64,000 bases of DNA. It comes from an uncultured delta proteobacterium (GTDB lineage: Bacteria > Desulfobacterota > Binatia > HRBIN30 > BPIQ01). The translations under genes and the position numbers were made by a program. The notes beneath the pieces were generated by a model, which made no database searches, was not told where the DNA came from, and was given only the letters and a program-made list of their open reading frames with translations. The stretch spans positions 1 to 64,000 of the forward strand of contig CAVXGR010000013.1 of assembly GCA_963761335.1 (NCBI GenBank), in the 5' to 3' direction. Shown here piece after piece: positions 28,108-37,064 of the stretch (position 1 is its first letter; every line of letters begins with the position of its first letter).

Positions 28108-29955
28108 TCAGCGGAAGCACCAGTGCTGCCAGAGCACGGTGCGCTGGTACTGGTCTTCTGGGTGCAGGCTGGGCACGGCTGTCGCCGCGCGGCTCATGAA
28201 GACGATGTCGAAGCTCTGCAGCTGCCGGTTCTCGCTGTAGCGGGAGTTCCATTCGCGGCAGAGATAACGGCCGTAGTAGAGCAGCGGCTGCTCCTCCTGC
28301 GGGTGCGCGGCAACGCCGGTGAAGTACGCCATCCAGCGGAAGCTGGCGAAAGCGTGCGACGGCAGCGACGGCCGCTCCGCGGCGCCGTCGCCGCGAAGCG
28401 CTTCCTCGAGATCCGGCGCCGGGCCGCCGGCCGCAAAGAGGTTGACGGCGGTGCCATCCTGGAGGGTTCCGGGAATGGCGATCCAGCCGGTCGCCGCGGC
28501 GGATGTCGGTAAGCCCCAAGTCTGCTTCAGGTCGAGCACGTCGCCGAAGGCGTCGATCCACGACGGCGGCCGGAAACCGGGGTCGCGCCAGGTGCCGATG
28601 TTCCAGACGAGGACAAAGAAGGCCGCACCGAGCGCGACGACCTCGGCGGCCCAGGAAGACCTTCGCCGCCGTCCCCCCGGCGATGGCAATGCCCCCGAGT
28701 CGGAATGGCGCCAGGTGGGGATGCGGCGCCAGGCAGCGGTGGCGAGGGCGCGGATCGCGCCGAGCCGGAACATCGGCGTGAACGACGAGAGCAGCGGCGA
28801 GGCGCGGCAGAGCATCAGAAAGCCGTCGTAGTCGCGAGCGAGATTGCCGCGGTGGTCGATCACCGTCCAGCGATGCCGCGCCGTGCCGGCGGCCTCCTCC
28901 GGCTGGACCGAGATCGCCGCGCCCTGCGGCAGCAGGAAAAAGGTGCGGAAGAGGAGAGCCGCCCGATAGCAGAAGGAGCAGCGGCCGTTCACCTGAATGG
29001 TGAGGCCGAAGCGCTCCGAGGTGCGATACCAGCCACTGGCAGCATCCCAGAACCACGAGGGCAGGAAGCTCAGCAGACCGACAATCGCCAGCCAGGGATA
29101 CTCACCGAGGCGAAGGCACAGAGAGGCGCCGATGCACACGCAGCTGAGAGCCAGCACGACCACGGTGCGGATCGGTCCGGTGTAGAGCGGCGCGAAGAGG
29201 AGAACCGGTCCGCAGACCTGGAGGATGAGGACGATACGAGTCAGCACTGTGTCGACGCCCGGGAACTGGTGAAGAAAAACGCCGGCGGCGGTGGCGAGCA
29301 TCTCGTGGTCGAGAGCGTAGGCAACCCCGCCGCCGCTCCTCCAGACCGCCTCGCCCCACATAGCCGCCAAGGAGCCGAGCTGTGCGATGAGCACTTGCAG
29401 AAGCAGGGCCGCGGTGGCGACGGAGACAACGACCTTGCGCCGATCGCCCGGGGACGAAGGCGAGATGACCAGGTCGACCGAGTAGCGCGCCCCGAGCGGC
29501 AACAACATCCCCCAGAAGAGCAACAGACGCAGCAGGGTGTCGCCGCTGAAGAGCACCAGAGGATCGCGCAGCTGCAGGGACATCACCATCAGCCAGGTGG
29601 CCACCGCCGCCAGCCTGGTGCGGAAGCCCACGAGCAGCGCCGCGGCGCAGGCGGCGGTGGTCAGAAAGAGCAGGGTCTGCGTCCACAGCGCACCCCCGGC
29701 GAGGAAGAGGCTGATGGCGCGTTCCTGGAGGGGCGCGTACCACTGCAGCAGGTCGGCGCGGGGCAGGATCCCGGCGTCGGTGTAGTGCGCCGCCAGGTCG
29801 CGGCAACGCGACGCCAGGTCGAGCAGGACGAAGAAGGCGAGGGCGACGCGGAAGAGCGCCAGAGAGCGCAGATCGACGCCGAAGAGCGTGGGCAAGAGGC
29901 CGTGCCGCTCCGCTGCGGAAATCGCAACCGAGGATTCAGCGGAGGTGCGGAGCAC
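28108..29955 (-). CDS. HTTM-domain membrane protein with inserted DCC1-like CxxC domain (start approximate)
   Basis: DLRSLALFR, HYTDAGILPR, LRLLLFWGMLLPLGARYSVD, internal NGRCSFC, C-terminal YGRYLCREWN...QHWCFR. Confidence 0.85.
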   Translation of the reverse strand: MLRTSAESSVAISAAERHGLLPTLFGVDLRSLALFRVALAFFVLLDLASRCRDLAAHYTDAGILPRADLLQWYAPLQERAISLFLAGGALWTQTLLFLTTAACAAALLVGFRTRLAAVATWLMVMSLQLRDPLVLFSGDTLLRLLLFWGMLLPLGARYSVDLVISPSSPGDRRKVVVSVATAALLLQVLIAQLGSLAAMWGEAVWRSGGGVAYALDHEMLATAAGVFLHQFPGVDTVLTRIVLILQVCGPVLLFAPLYTGPIRTVVVLALSCVCIGASLCLRLGEYPWLAIVGLLSFLPSWFWDAASGWYRTSERFGLTIQVNGRCSFCYRAALLFRTFFLLPQGAAISVQPEEAAGTARHRWTVIDHRGNLARDYDGFLMLCRASPLLSSFTPMFRLGAIRALATAAWRRIPTWRHSDSGALPSPGGRRRRSSWAAEVVALGAAFFVLVWNIGTWRDPGFRPPSWIDAFGDVLDLKQTWGLPTSAAATGWIAIPGTLQDGTAVNLFAAGGPAPDLEEALRGDGAAERPSLPSHAFASFRWMAYFTGVAAHPQEEQPLLYYGRYLCREWNSRYSENRQLQSFDIVFMSRAATAVPSLHPEDQYQRTVLWQHWCFR

Positions 29956-30043
29956 GTTCAGCGACAGCGGTTTCGGACAGCAGCCACCGCCCCTGTCTCG
30001 GCCATCGGCGCGGGCTTGTCAAATGTGTGGGACAGGGCCCCGG

Positions 30044-30078
30044 AAAAAAGAGGGGCGGTGCCGCCGCACCGCCCCTCT
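30044..30078 (-). terminator. Intrinsic terminator downstream of the Gly-rich secreted protein gene
   Basis: 13-bp stem AGAGGGGCGGTGC/GCACCGCCCCTCT with a 4-nt loop, then a U-tract on the minus strand. Confidence 0.75.
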
Positions 30079-30154
30079 CTCCAGCTCTGCCGGGGACCGG
30101 GGCTTGGCGCCCCGGCTCGACCGTCAACGTCGGGATGGCCCCCCCGGTACTTCC

Positions 30155-32833
30155 TCAGCAACCGCTCTCGTTCGTGTGCAGCCCGCTGGAGCCGCTGTTG
30201 CCGGCCGAGGAACCGCCCGATCCGGCCGTGCCGAGAGAGAAGGAGTTCGACGTGCGCGTGACGCTGGCACCGCCGGAGCAGACGATACCGACCGTCGGTC
30301 CGCCGCCGCCGCCGCCGCCGTGGCCGCCCTGCCCGCCGGCACCGCCGTTGCCGCCGCTGGCGCCGCCGATCGAGTCGTCCTGACCGCCGCCGCCGCCGCC
30401 CGGTGAGCCGACACCGCCGCCAGAGCCGCCAGTGCCGCCGCTGCCGCCGGTGCCGCCGTTGCCGGTACTGATGAAGGTATCGCTGACGGAGGCAGAGCCG
30501 CCGTTCACCCAGATTCCGAATGAACCGCCGCCGCCGGTGCCGGCCGTGGCCAGAGTGCCGCCGCAGCCACCGCCACCACCACCGCCGCCGCCGCCGCCCC
30601 AGCTGTCGCAGGTGGAGTCGCCGCCGCCGCCGCCGCCGCCACCGCCGCCGCCGCCGCCATTGGCGCCATGGCCGCCGTTGCCGCCGTTGGCGGGCGAGTA
30701 AGCTGAGCCGGCCGAGCCGAAGTTGCCGCCGCCGCCGCCGCTGGACCCGGCAGACGCCGTGGAGGCATTGCCGCCGCCCGTGGGCGAGCCGTGGCAGCCG
30801 CCACCGCCACCGCCGCCGCCGCCGGGGCTGGTGCCGCCGCCCGAGCCGCCGCCGGCCGCGTTGGTGCCGGAGCAATCGCCGCCGGCGCCGCCGGTGCCGC
30901 CGGTGCCGGACGAGCCACTGGTGCACGACTTTCCGGCGCCACCGCCGCCGCCACCCGGCCTCCCGCAGGTCGAGCAGAGATAGGTCGAGTTCTCGCAGCC
31001 GCCACCGCCGTTGTTGCCGGTATTGCCACCGCTGCCGGCGGAGCCGTTCGAGCCGCCGCTACCGCCGACGCCGTTGCCGGCGGTGACGGTGTTGTTGGTG
31101 ATGGTGACGTTGCTGGAGGACAGCAGGCGGATGCCGTAGGAGCTGTTGCCGGTGCCGCTGGCGTTGGCCGCGTGAATGGTCAGATCGGAGATGGACAGGT
31201 TGCTCGTCGAGGAGCCCACGACCGCCGTGGAGCCGCCGTTGACGATGGTCGAGGAGCCGTCCTTGAACCAGCCCAGTGAGGCGTTGAAGCCACCCTCGAG
31301 GCTGACGCCGTTGGCGAGCGTCAGCGACTCGGTATAGGTGCCGCCGGCGATACAGACGCGGCTCTTGCTGCTGCTGGAGGCCAGGTTGATGCCCGCCTGA
31401 ATGCTGTTCAGCGGATCGCCCATGGTGCCGGCGCCGCCGGCACTGCCGGTGGTCGACACGAAGATCGCATCCGCATGCGGCGTGTTGGTCGCCGTCGGCG
31501 TGCGCGTCGGCGTCGAGGTCGGCGTGCGCGTCGGTGTCGAGGTCGGCGTGCGCGTCGGCGTGCGCGTCGGGGTGCTGGTCGGCGTCGACGTCGGGGTCAC
31601 CGTCGGGGTGTCCGTCGACGTCGGCGTGTTGGTCGGCGTACTGGTCGGCGTCGACGTGGGTGTATTCGTCGGCGTGTTGGTCGGCGTGGATGTCGGCGTG
31701 TTGGTCGGGGTACTCGTCGGCGTCGAGGTCGGCGTGCTCGTCGGCGTCGAGGTCGGGGTATTGGTCGGCGTGCTCGTCGGCGTATCCGTCGGCGTCACCG
31801 TCGGCGTCGAGGTCGGCGTGCTCGTCGGCGTCGACGTGGGAGTGGTCGTCGGCGTGTCGGTCGGCGTAGCCGTATTGGTGATCGTCGGCGTCGAGGTCGG
31901 AGTGAACGTCGGCGTCACCGTCGGAGTGACCGTCGGCGTCGCGGTCGCCGTCGAGGTCGGCGTATTGGTCGAGGTGAAGGTCGGCGTCGGCGTCGCCACC
32001 GGCCGATACACATCCGGGAAGAGGTCGCCGTCGGCGCTGGCGTCGGTGGCCCCGGCGACGCAGGACTGCTCGCTCGCCAAGTCGGTGCCGCAGCTGTCCA
32101 GGCCGGCGACGAAGTCGACGCTGGCGCAGGCGTGCGCGATCTGGTTGTCCATCGCCGTGCGGGCGCGCACCAGGCGCGAGTTGTACGGATGGGCCGGGTT
32201 GTCGATGTCGCGGCAGTCCACTCCGTCGAAGCCCTTGACGCCGCGGTCGACCTTGAACTGGCAGACCTGCTGGAAGCGGACGCGCTTGTTCAGGTACGAG
32301 CGCAGGCTGCGACCGACCTTGATCTGGCACTTGCGCGAGAAGACATTGGTCGGCACCGGCGGGCTGCCGTAGGTGCTGTCGATGACCTGGCGTACCGAAT
32401 CGCGCGTCAGGCACTGCATGCAGGTGGCGACGCTGTCGTAGTCGTCGGTAATCGTGACGCTGTCGCACGGGGCCGGACAGGTCGGGTAGCCGAGAAGGTC
32501 GGGCGTGCCGATGAAACGCGCATCGCACTTATCGACCTGGGCGCGCAGGCGAAGCTCGCCGCGGTCCAAGTCGCGCTGGCCGGCGTCGTAGCCATTGGCG
32601 GCCCAAGTCGAGGCGTCGTTGCAATCGATCGCCGCGGGCAGGCTCCCGAGCATGCGCAGCCGGTGACAGCTGGTGCGCGCGTCGATCTCGGCAAGAGCAT
32701 CCTTGCGAACGCCGTTGCCGATCCGCCGCCGGCAGTCGGCGTTCGGGCTGGCGAGGGTCGATCCCACCATCGCGAAAGTCAGCAGAACCGCTGCCGCTGT
32801 CGCGAAGCCAAAAACTTCAATGCGTCGGCGCAT
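30155..32833 (-). CDS. Secreted protein: 14-Cys domain + long Thr-Pro linker + DUF1565-like beta-helix + Gly-rich tail
   Basis: MRRR signal peptide; (TPTS/TPTN)n; FVSTTG...[14 protein letters not shown]...AGGTY; poly-Gly C-terminus. Confidence 0.85.
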   Translation of the reverse strand: MRRRIEVFGFATAAAVLLTFAMVGSTLASPNADCRRRIGNGVRKDALAEIDARTSCHRLRMLGSLPAAIDCNDASTWAANGYDAGQRDLDRGELRLRAQVDKCDARFIGTPDLLGYPTCPAPCDSVTITDDYDSVATCMQCLTRDSVRQVIDSTYGSPPVPTNVFSRKCQIKVGRSLRSYLNKRVRFQQVCQFKVDRGVKGFDGVDCRDIDNPAHPYNSRLVRARTAMDNQIAHACASVDFVAGLDSCGTDLASEQSCVAGATDASADGDLFPDVYRPVATPTPTFTSTNTPTSTATATPTVTPTVTPTFTPTSTPTITNTATPTDTPTTTPTSTPTSTPTSTPTVTPTDTPTSTPTNTPTSTPTSTPTSTPTSTPTNTPTSTPTNTPTNTPTSTPTSTPTNTPTSTDTPTVTPTSTPTSTPTRTPTRTPTSTPTRTPTSTPTRTPTATNTPHADAIFVSTTGSAGGAGTMGDPLNSIQAGINLASSSSKSRVCIAGGTYTESLTLANGVSLEGGFNASLGWFKDGSSTIVNGGSTAVVGSSTSNLSISDLTIHAANASGTGNSSYGIRLLSSSNVTITNNTVTAGNGVGGSGGSNGSAGSGGNTGNNGGGGCENSTYLCSTCGRPGGGGGGAGKSCTSGSSGTGGTGGAGGDCSGTNAAGGGSGGGTSPGGGGGGGGGCHGSPTGGGNASTASAGSSGGGGGNFGSAGSAYSPANGGNGGHGANGGGGGGGGGGGGGDSTCDSWGGGGGGGGGGGCGGTLATAGTGGGGSFGIWVNGGSASVSDTFISTGNGGTGGSGGTGGSGGGVGSPGGGGGGQDDSIGGASGGNGGAGGQGGHGGGGGGGPTVGIVCSGGASVTRTSNSFSLGTAGSGGSSAGNSGSSGLHTNESGC
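31480..32000 (-). repeat. Coding 12-nt tandem repeat encoding (T-P-T-x)n
   Basis: gtcggcgt-rich periodic tract lying within the CDS. Confidence 0.85.
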
Positions 32834-32949
32834 AGATGCCCCCCGTCGCTCCGATCCTTCTGTTCCTGGTCCGAATTCGATTGTCGACGCCGACAGCCCG
32901 AGATCTCGGCTGCGTCCTCGCCTGAAGAGATCCACCGAGCCCATCCGTC

Positions 32950-33789
32950 TCACAGGCTCGGATACATGAAATCGAAGAGATCCTGCGTGCACTGCTGGAC
33001 ATGATCCTCCAGGCAGCTGATCTCGGAAGGCACGTCGGTCCCGCAGGTGTCCAGCTCCGTGGGAATGTTGACGAACTCGCAGGCCTGCTGCACCCTCAAC
33101 CCGAGCCGCGCTCGCAGCAGATCCATGCGCGGCTGGTAGGGGTGACTCGGGTCGTCGAGATTCTGGCAGGTCACGCCGTAGAAGCGCGGCGCGCCGACGT
33201 CCTTGCGATACTGACAGAGCTGCTGCCAGCGGCTGCGCGCCGCGAAGTAACGGCGCACCGAGCGGCCGACCTCGGCCTGGCATTCCTGCACCACCTGTGC
33301 CGGCAGCGGCAGCGGCGGCGTGCCGTACGCTTGGTCGATCAGGTCCGTCATGCCGCTCTCCGTCAGGCACTGCACGCAATCGGCGACGTCGGAATAGGCG
33401 GCGATGGAGACCGACCCGCACGGAGCCGGACAGGAGTTGTACTGAAGCGCGGATGGCCCCGCCACGTCGCCGCAGTGCCGCGCCACCTGGTTGTGCAGGC
33501 GCTTCTCAGCCCTCTGGATGGCGCGCAGGCCGCGCTTGAAGCCGTTTGCCGTCCAGGTGGCGGTGTCGTTGCAGTCGATCACCGCCGGCAGCTTCTCCCT
33601 CATACGGAGGAGGTGGCAGAGAACCTTCTGCTTGGCGGTGACGATGCCGAGGCCTCGACCCCCAACGCCGACGGCCCGCCTGCACCTCGCTTCGGGGTTG
33701 GACGCCGCAAGCACATCGGGCACAACGAATCCGCTCGCAACGGTCGTTAGAACGGCTGCGATGCTCCAAACTAGAACGCGTCGGCGCAT
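32950..33789 (-). CDS. Secreted stand-alone 14-Cys domain protein
   Basis: MRRR signal peptide; [26 protein letters not shown]; paralog of its neighbours. Confidence 0.85.
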   Translation of the reverse strand: MRRRVLVWSIAAVLTTVASGFVVPDVLAASNPEARCRRAVGVGGRGLGIVTAKQKVLCHLLRMREKLPAVIDCNDTATWTANGFKRGLRAIQRAEKRLHNQVARHCGDVAGPSALQYNSCPAPCGSVSIAAYSDVADCVQCLTESGMTDLIDQAYGTPPLPLPAQVVQECQAEVGRSVRRYFAARSRWQQLCQYRKDVGAPRFYGVTCQNLDDPSHPYQPRMDLLRARLGLRVQQACEFVNIPTELDTCGTDVPSEISCLEDHVQQCTQDLFDFMYPSL

Positions 33790-34028
33790 AACCCCCCCGT
33801 CGCTCACTGATGAATCCTGCGAATTTGTCGAAGCGAGGCCGCCCCCCCGGCGGCCACTAACCTGATGATTGACCCTACTTCGGCGCCTCTCCGATCGTCA
33901 AGCATTTTCTGCGCTTCCCAGCTCACGCGACGGTCCCGCGGACCTGCTCCGATGCGAGAACGCCGACCGGGACATCCGCGTGTGCGTTCCTGGCGGGGGC
34001 TCGGCCGGGGAAAGAGAACCCCGCCTGC

Positions 34029-34859
34029 TCAAGAGCCTGGATAGACGCTGGGGAACATCAGGTTCGTGCATTGGTCCACCGCGTCCTGCAGACACGAGAT
34101 CTCGCTCGGGATGTCCGCGCCGCAAGAGTTCAGCTCGGCGGAAAGATCGACGAAGCCGCACTCTTTCTGAACACGCACACCGAGCCGCGCCTTGAGCAAC
34201 TCGATCCGGGCATTGAAGGGATTGGAGGAATCGTCGATCTGGTCACACTCGACGGTATAGAGGTTTCCGAGCCCGCGGTCCTTTTTGTACTGGCAGCGCT
34301 GCTGGACGCGCATGCGGTTGCGGAAGTAGTTCCAGGTCTCCTTGCCGATGAAAGTCTGGCATTTGAGCACCAGGTCGAGGGTCTGTGCCGGCGGCGTTCC
34401 GTAGGCGGCGCTGATGGTGTCGCCCATGCAGCCCTCGACCAGGCAGGCGTTGCAGTCGGCGACGCCGTCGTAGTTGGCCACCGAGATCGAGCCGCACGGC
34501 GCCGGACAGGTCGAGTAGCCGAGCTCGAGCGGAGGTGCAGAGTTGCGACAGCCGACCTCGACGCGCTTGTGCAGGTACTTCCGCGCCCGCGTCAGCCCGT
34601 TTACGCCGCGCTTGTAACCGTTGGCGAGCCAGGTGTTCTCGTCGTTGCAGTCGATCGCGGCCGGCAATCTGCCGTACATGCGCAATCGGTGACACTTTTC
34701 CTTCAGCTTGGCCACCGAAGATCCGAGGTAGCGCACGCCGTTACCAACGGCCTTGCGGCAATTTGCATCCGGGAGAGCGAAGGCATCGCCAGCGATCAAC
34801 CCGGACGCACATATTGCTGCTACCATCGCAATGGCCAATAGCTCGCTGCGTCGGCGCAT
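34029..34859 (-). CDS. Secreted stand-alone 14-Cys domain protein
   Basis: MRRR signal peptide after [32 protein letters not shown]. Confidence 0.85.
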   Translation of the reverse strand: MRRRSELLAIAMVAAICASGLIAGDAFALPDANCRKAVGNGVRYLGSSVAKLKEKCHRLRMYGRLPAAIDCNDENTWLANGYKRGVNGLTRARKYLHKRVEVGCRNSAPPLELGYSTCPAPCGSISVANYDGVADCNACLVEGCMGDTISAAYGTPPAQTLDLVLKCQTFIGKETWNYFRNRMRVQQRCQYKKDRGLGNLYTVECDQIDDSSNPFNARIELLKARLGVRVQKECGFVDLSAELNSCGADIPSEISCLQDAVDQCTNLMFPSVYPGS

Positions 34860-35029
34860 AACTGCCTCCCGAAAAAAGCTCCCGCGGTTTAGTCTTGTGT
34901 TCGAAAGCCCGGCATCCCGCCCCCCCGGCGGAGACACCGTTGTGTCGAAACTACTTCGATAGAAGAACAGAGGTCAAGCTTTTTTTTGACAGGGAGACGA
35001 TTTGCGGCGATTTTCTCGCTGCCAGAGCC

Positions 35030-37015
35030 TCACCAGAGAAGGCTGACCATGTGCGCCGTGCTCATTCCCCCCTGCACCGTGCTTCCCGCCGAGCAGGTGG
35101 AGCCGTTGCAGACCCATGCCCCGGACGCGATCGCGACGCGCGTGTCGGAGGTGCTGTCGTCGCGCTCCTGGCCGTGGTTCTCGTGCGCTGCGTCCAGGTT
35201 CATGAACCCGGACGACTCCTGCTTGTTGGAGTTGTTGCATACGCTCGAGTTGTCGTAGCTGCTGGTGGCACCGCCGTTGCAGGCGAAGATGGAGGCGTAC
35301 TGCACCAAGCCGTCGTCCTCGCCCGTCAGGCAGAGGCTGGCGCCGATGATCGCGGCGTAGCCGCCGGTGAGCCAGACGTCGCGCGCCGGAGGGCTGGCGA
35401 AGGTCTTCACCTGGACGTCGTCGGAGCTGCGCAGCCAGTAGGTGGCGGTGTCGCAGCTCTGCACGAAGGTCGAGAAGAAGCTGCAGAAGATGTTGCCCTC
35501 GCCGCAGACGTAGTCCGCCCCCTGTGAGCCGCGGTGGGTGCCGCCGAGGGTGATGGTGAGGGTGAGGCGCTGGGCGACGACGTCGTACGGTCCGTTCAGG
35601 TTGTAGTTGGGATCGCCGGGGTCGGCATTGCCGAGGATGTAGTCCATTACCGTCGCCCCCATGCTGTGGGCGATCACCCAGAACGAGCCGCCCTCGGCAA
35701 AGGTGTGGGCGCAGCGGTTGCCGCCGCCGTCGGCACCGCCGTTGGTGGCATTCTCGATCTCGCGGGCGACCTCGCCGGCGGCGTTGTTGTCCCAGTAGGC
35801 CTGCGAGCCGTCGTAGCCGACGACATAGTACGAGCCGGTGAAGTTGCGGGTGGCCGTCTGCACGAAGTCGTGGCTGCCGTTCTTCCAGTAGTCCCGCGCC
35901 ACGTTCCAGTCGTTGAAGGTGTCCTGGTTGGTCTGCTTGCCGTGCACGAAGATGAAGCAGGGCGGCGGGCTCTGCGCCGGGAAGGCGGTGACATCGACGT
36001 GGATCGCCGGCAGGTTGGTCGGCGTCCGCGTCGCCGTCGCCGGAGGCACGGGGGTGACCGTCGACGACGGCGTCGCCGTCGAGGAGGCGGTTGCCGTGGG
36101 CGTAACGGTGGCGGTGGCCGTCTCGGTGCGCGTCGCCGTCTGGCTCGGCGTCTCGGTCGGCGTCCCGGTCGCCGTCGGCGTGCTGGTCGGCGGCGGCGGG
36201 GGCGGATCGTAGACGGCCCGGAAAAGGGCGTCGGCGTAGAGGTCGGTCACGCCCACGGTGCAATCCTGCTCGCCGGCGACGTCGGCGGCGCAGCTGTCGA
36301 GCGCCGCCAGCGCGTCTCCCCCACAGCCCGCGATCAGCGCCTCGGCGCGCTGCCGGGCGCCGTCGATCTTGCCGCGCAGGTCGGCGGCCAGGCAGTCGAC
36401 CGAGGAGCCCTGCGCATCGGCGTCCTTCTGGCAGCGCTGCTGCTCGCGGGCGCGCACGCTGAAGTAGCGCCGCAGCGCCCGGCCGATCTTCTGCTGGCAG
36501 CGAAAGAGATCGCCGCCCTCGACCGGCGGCACCCCGTAGGTCACCTGCACGGCGTCGGACGGCCAGATGTCCGCCAGGCAGGCCAGGCAGTCGGCGACGC
36601 TGGCGTAGGCGCCGGTGATCGTCACCGCGCCACACGGCGACGGGCATATCGCGTAGCCGAGCGCCGCCGGGTCTCCGGCGCAGTGGCGCTGCGCGTCGCG
36701 GACCAATTGCTGCTTGACGCGGTCGATCTTCACCGACGGCGGCGCGGCGCCCGGATCGCCGCAATCGGTGGCCGGCGGCAGCGAGCCGCGCATGCGCAGC
36801 CGCTCACAGCGGGTGCGCTCGCGGAGCACGGTGTCGGCGACCTTGCGCGCCGAGGCGCCCAGGTGCTTGCGGCAGAGCACATCCGCTGGGGCGAGCTGCG
36901 CCGACGCCGGCACCACCGACGCCGCCATCAGGACGGCGCCGAGCCAGGCAGCTACGCGTATCAGTCGAAGCGCAATCGTTTTCCGGACCCCCGTTTCCGA
37001 ACAACGCTGCAGCAT
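35030..37015 (-). CDS. Secreted 14-Cys domain + Thr/Pro linker + alpha/beta-hydrolase (lipase-like); start approximate
   Basis: FVHG oxyanion motif, IAHSMG nucleophile elbow, GGTHRGS, EDDGLV, ENHG. Confidence 0.82.
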   Translation of the reverse strand: MLQRCSETGVRKTIALRLIRVAAWLGAVLMAASVVPASAQLAPADVLCRKHLGASARKVADTVLRERTRCERLRMRGSLPPATDCGDPGAAPPSVKIDRVKQQLVRDAQRHCAGDPAALGYAICPSPCGAVTITGAYASVADCLACLADIWPSDAVQVTYGVPPVEGGDLFRCQQKIGRALRRYFSVRAREQQRCQKDADAQGSSVDCLAADLRGKIDGARQRAEALIAGCGGDALAALDSCAADVAGEQDCTVGVTDLYADALFRAVYDPPPPPPTSTPTATGTPTETPSQTATRTETATATVTPTATASSTATPSSTVTPVPPATATRTPTNLPAIHVDVTAFPAQSPPPCFIFVHGKQTNQDTFNDWNVARDYWKNGSHDFVQTATRNFTGSYYVVGYDGSQAYWDNNAAGEVAREIENATNGGADGGGNRCAHTFAEGGSFWVIAHSMGATVMDYILGNADPGDPNYNLNGPYDVVAQRLTLTITLGGTHRGSQGADYVCGEGNIFCSFFSTFVQSCDTATYWLRSSDDVQVKTFASPPARDVWLTGGYAAIIGASLCLTGEDDGLVQYASIFACNGGATSSYDNSSVCNNSNKQESSGFMNLDAAHENHGQERDDSTSDTRVAIASGAWVCNGSTCSAGSTVQGGMSTAHMVSLLW

Positions 37016-37064
37016 AGCGCGGCGCGGCCGTTCTCCTCAAGCGCTATTTTGGGGTATTTTGGGC

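Noticed and set aside
31480..32000. Highly periodic repeat considered as a possible CRISPR array, and the + strand V/G-rich ORF 31401-32372
   Set aside because: There are no unique spacers; the tract is the coding Thr-Pro linker and the + ORF is its antisense shadow.
32950..34859. Cys-rich proteins as multiheme cytochromes (hem genes are nearby)
   Set aside because: The CxxC motifs are followed by L rather than H, so there is no CxxCH.
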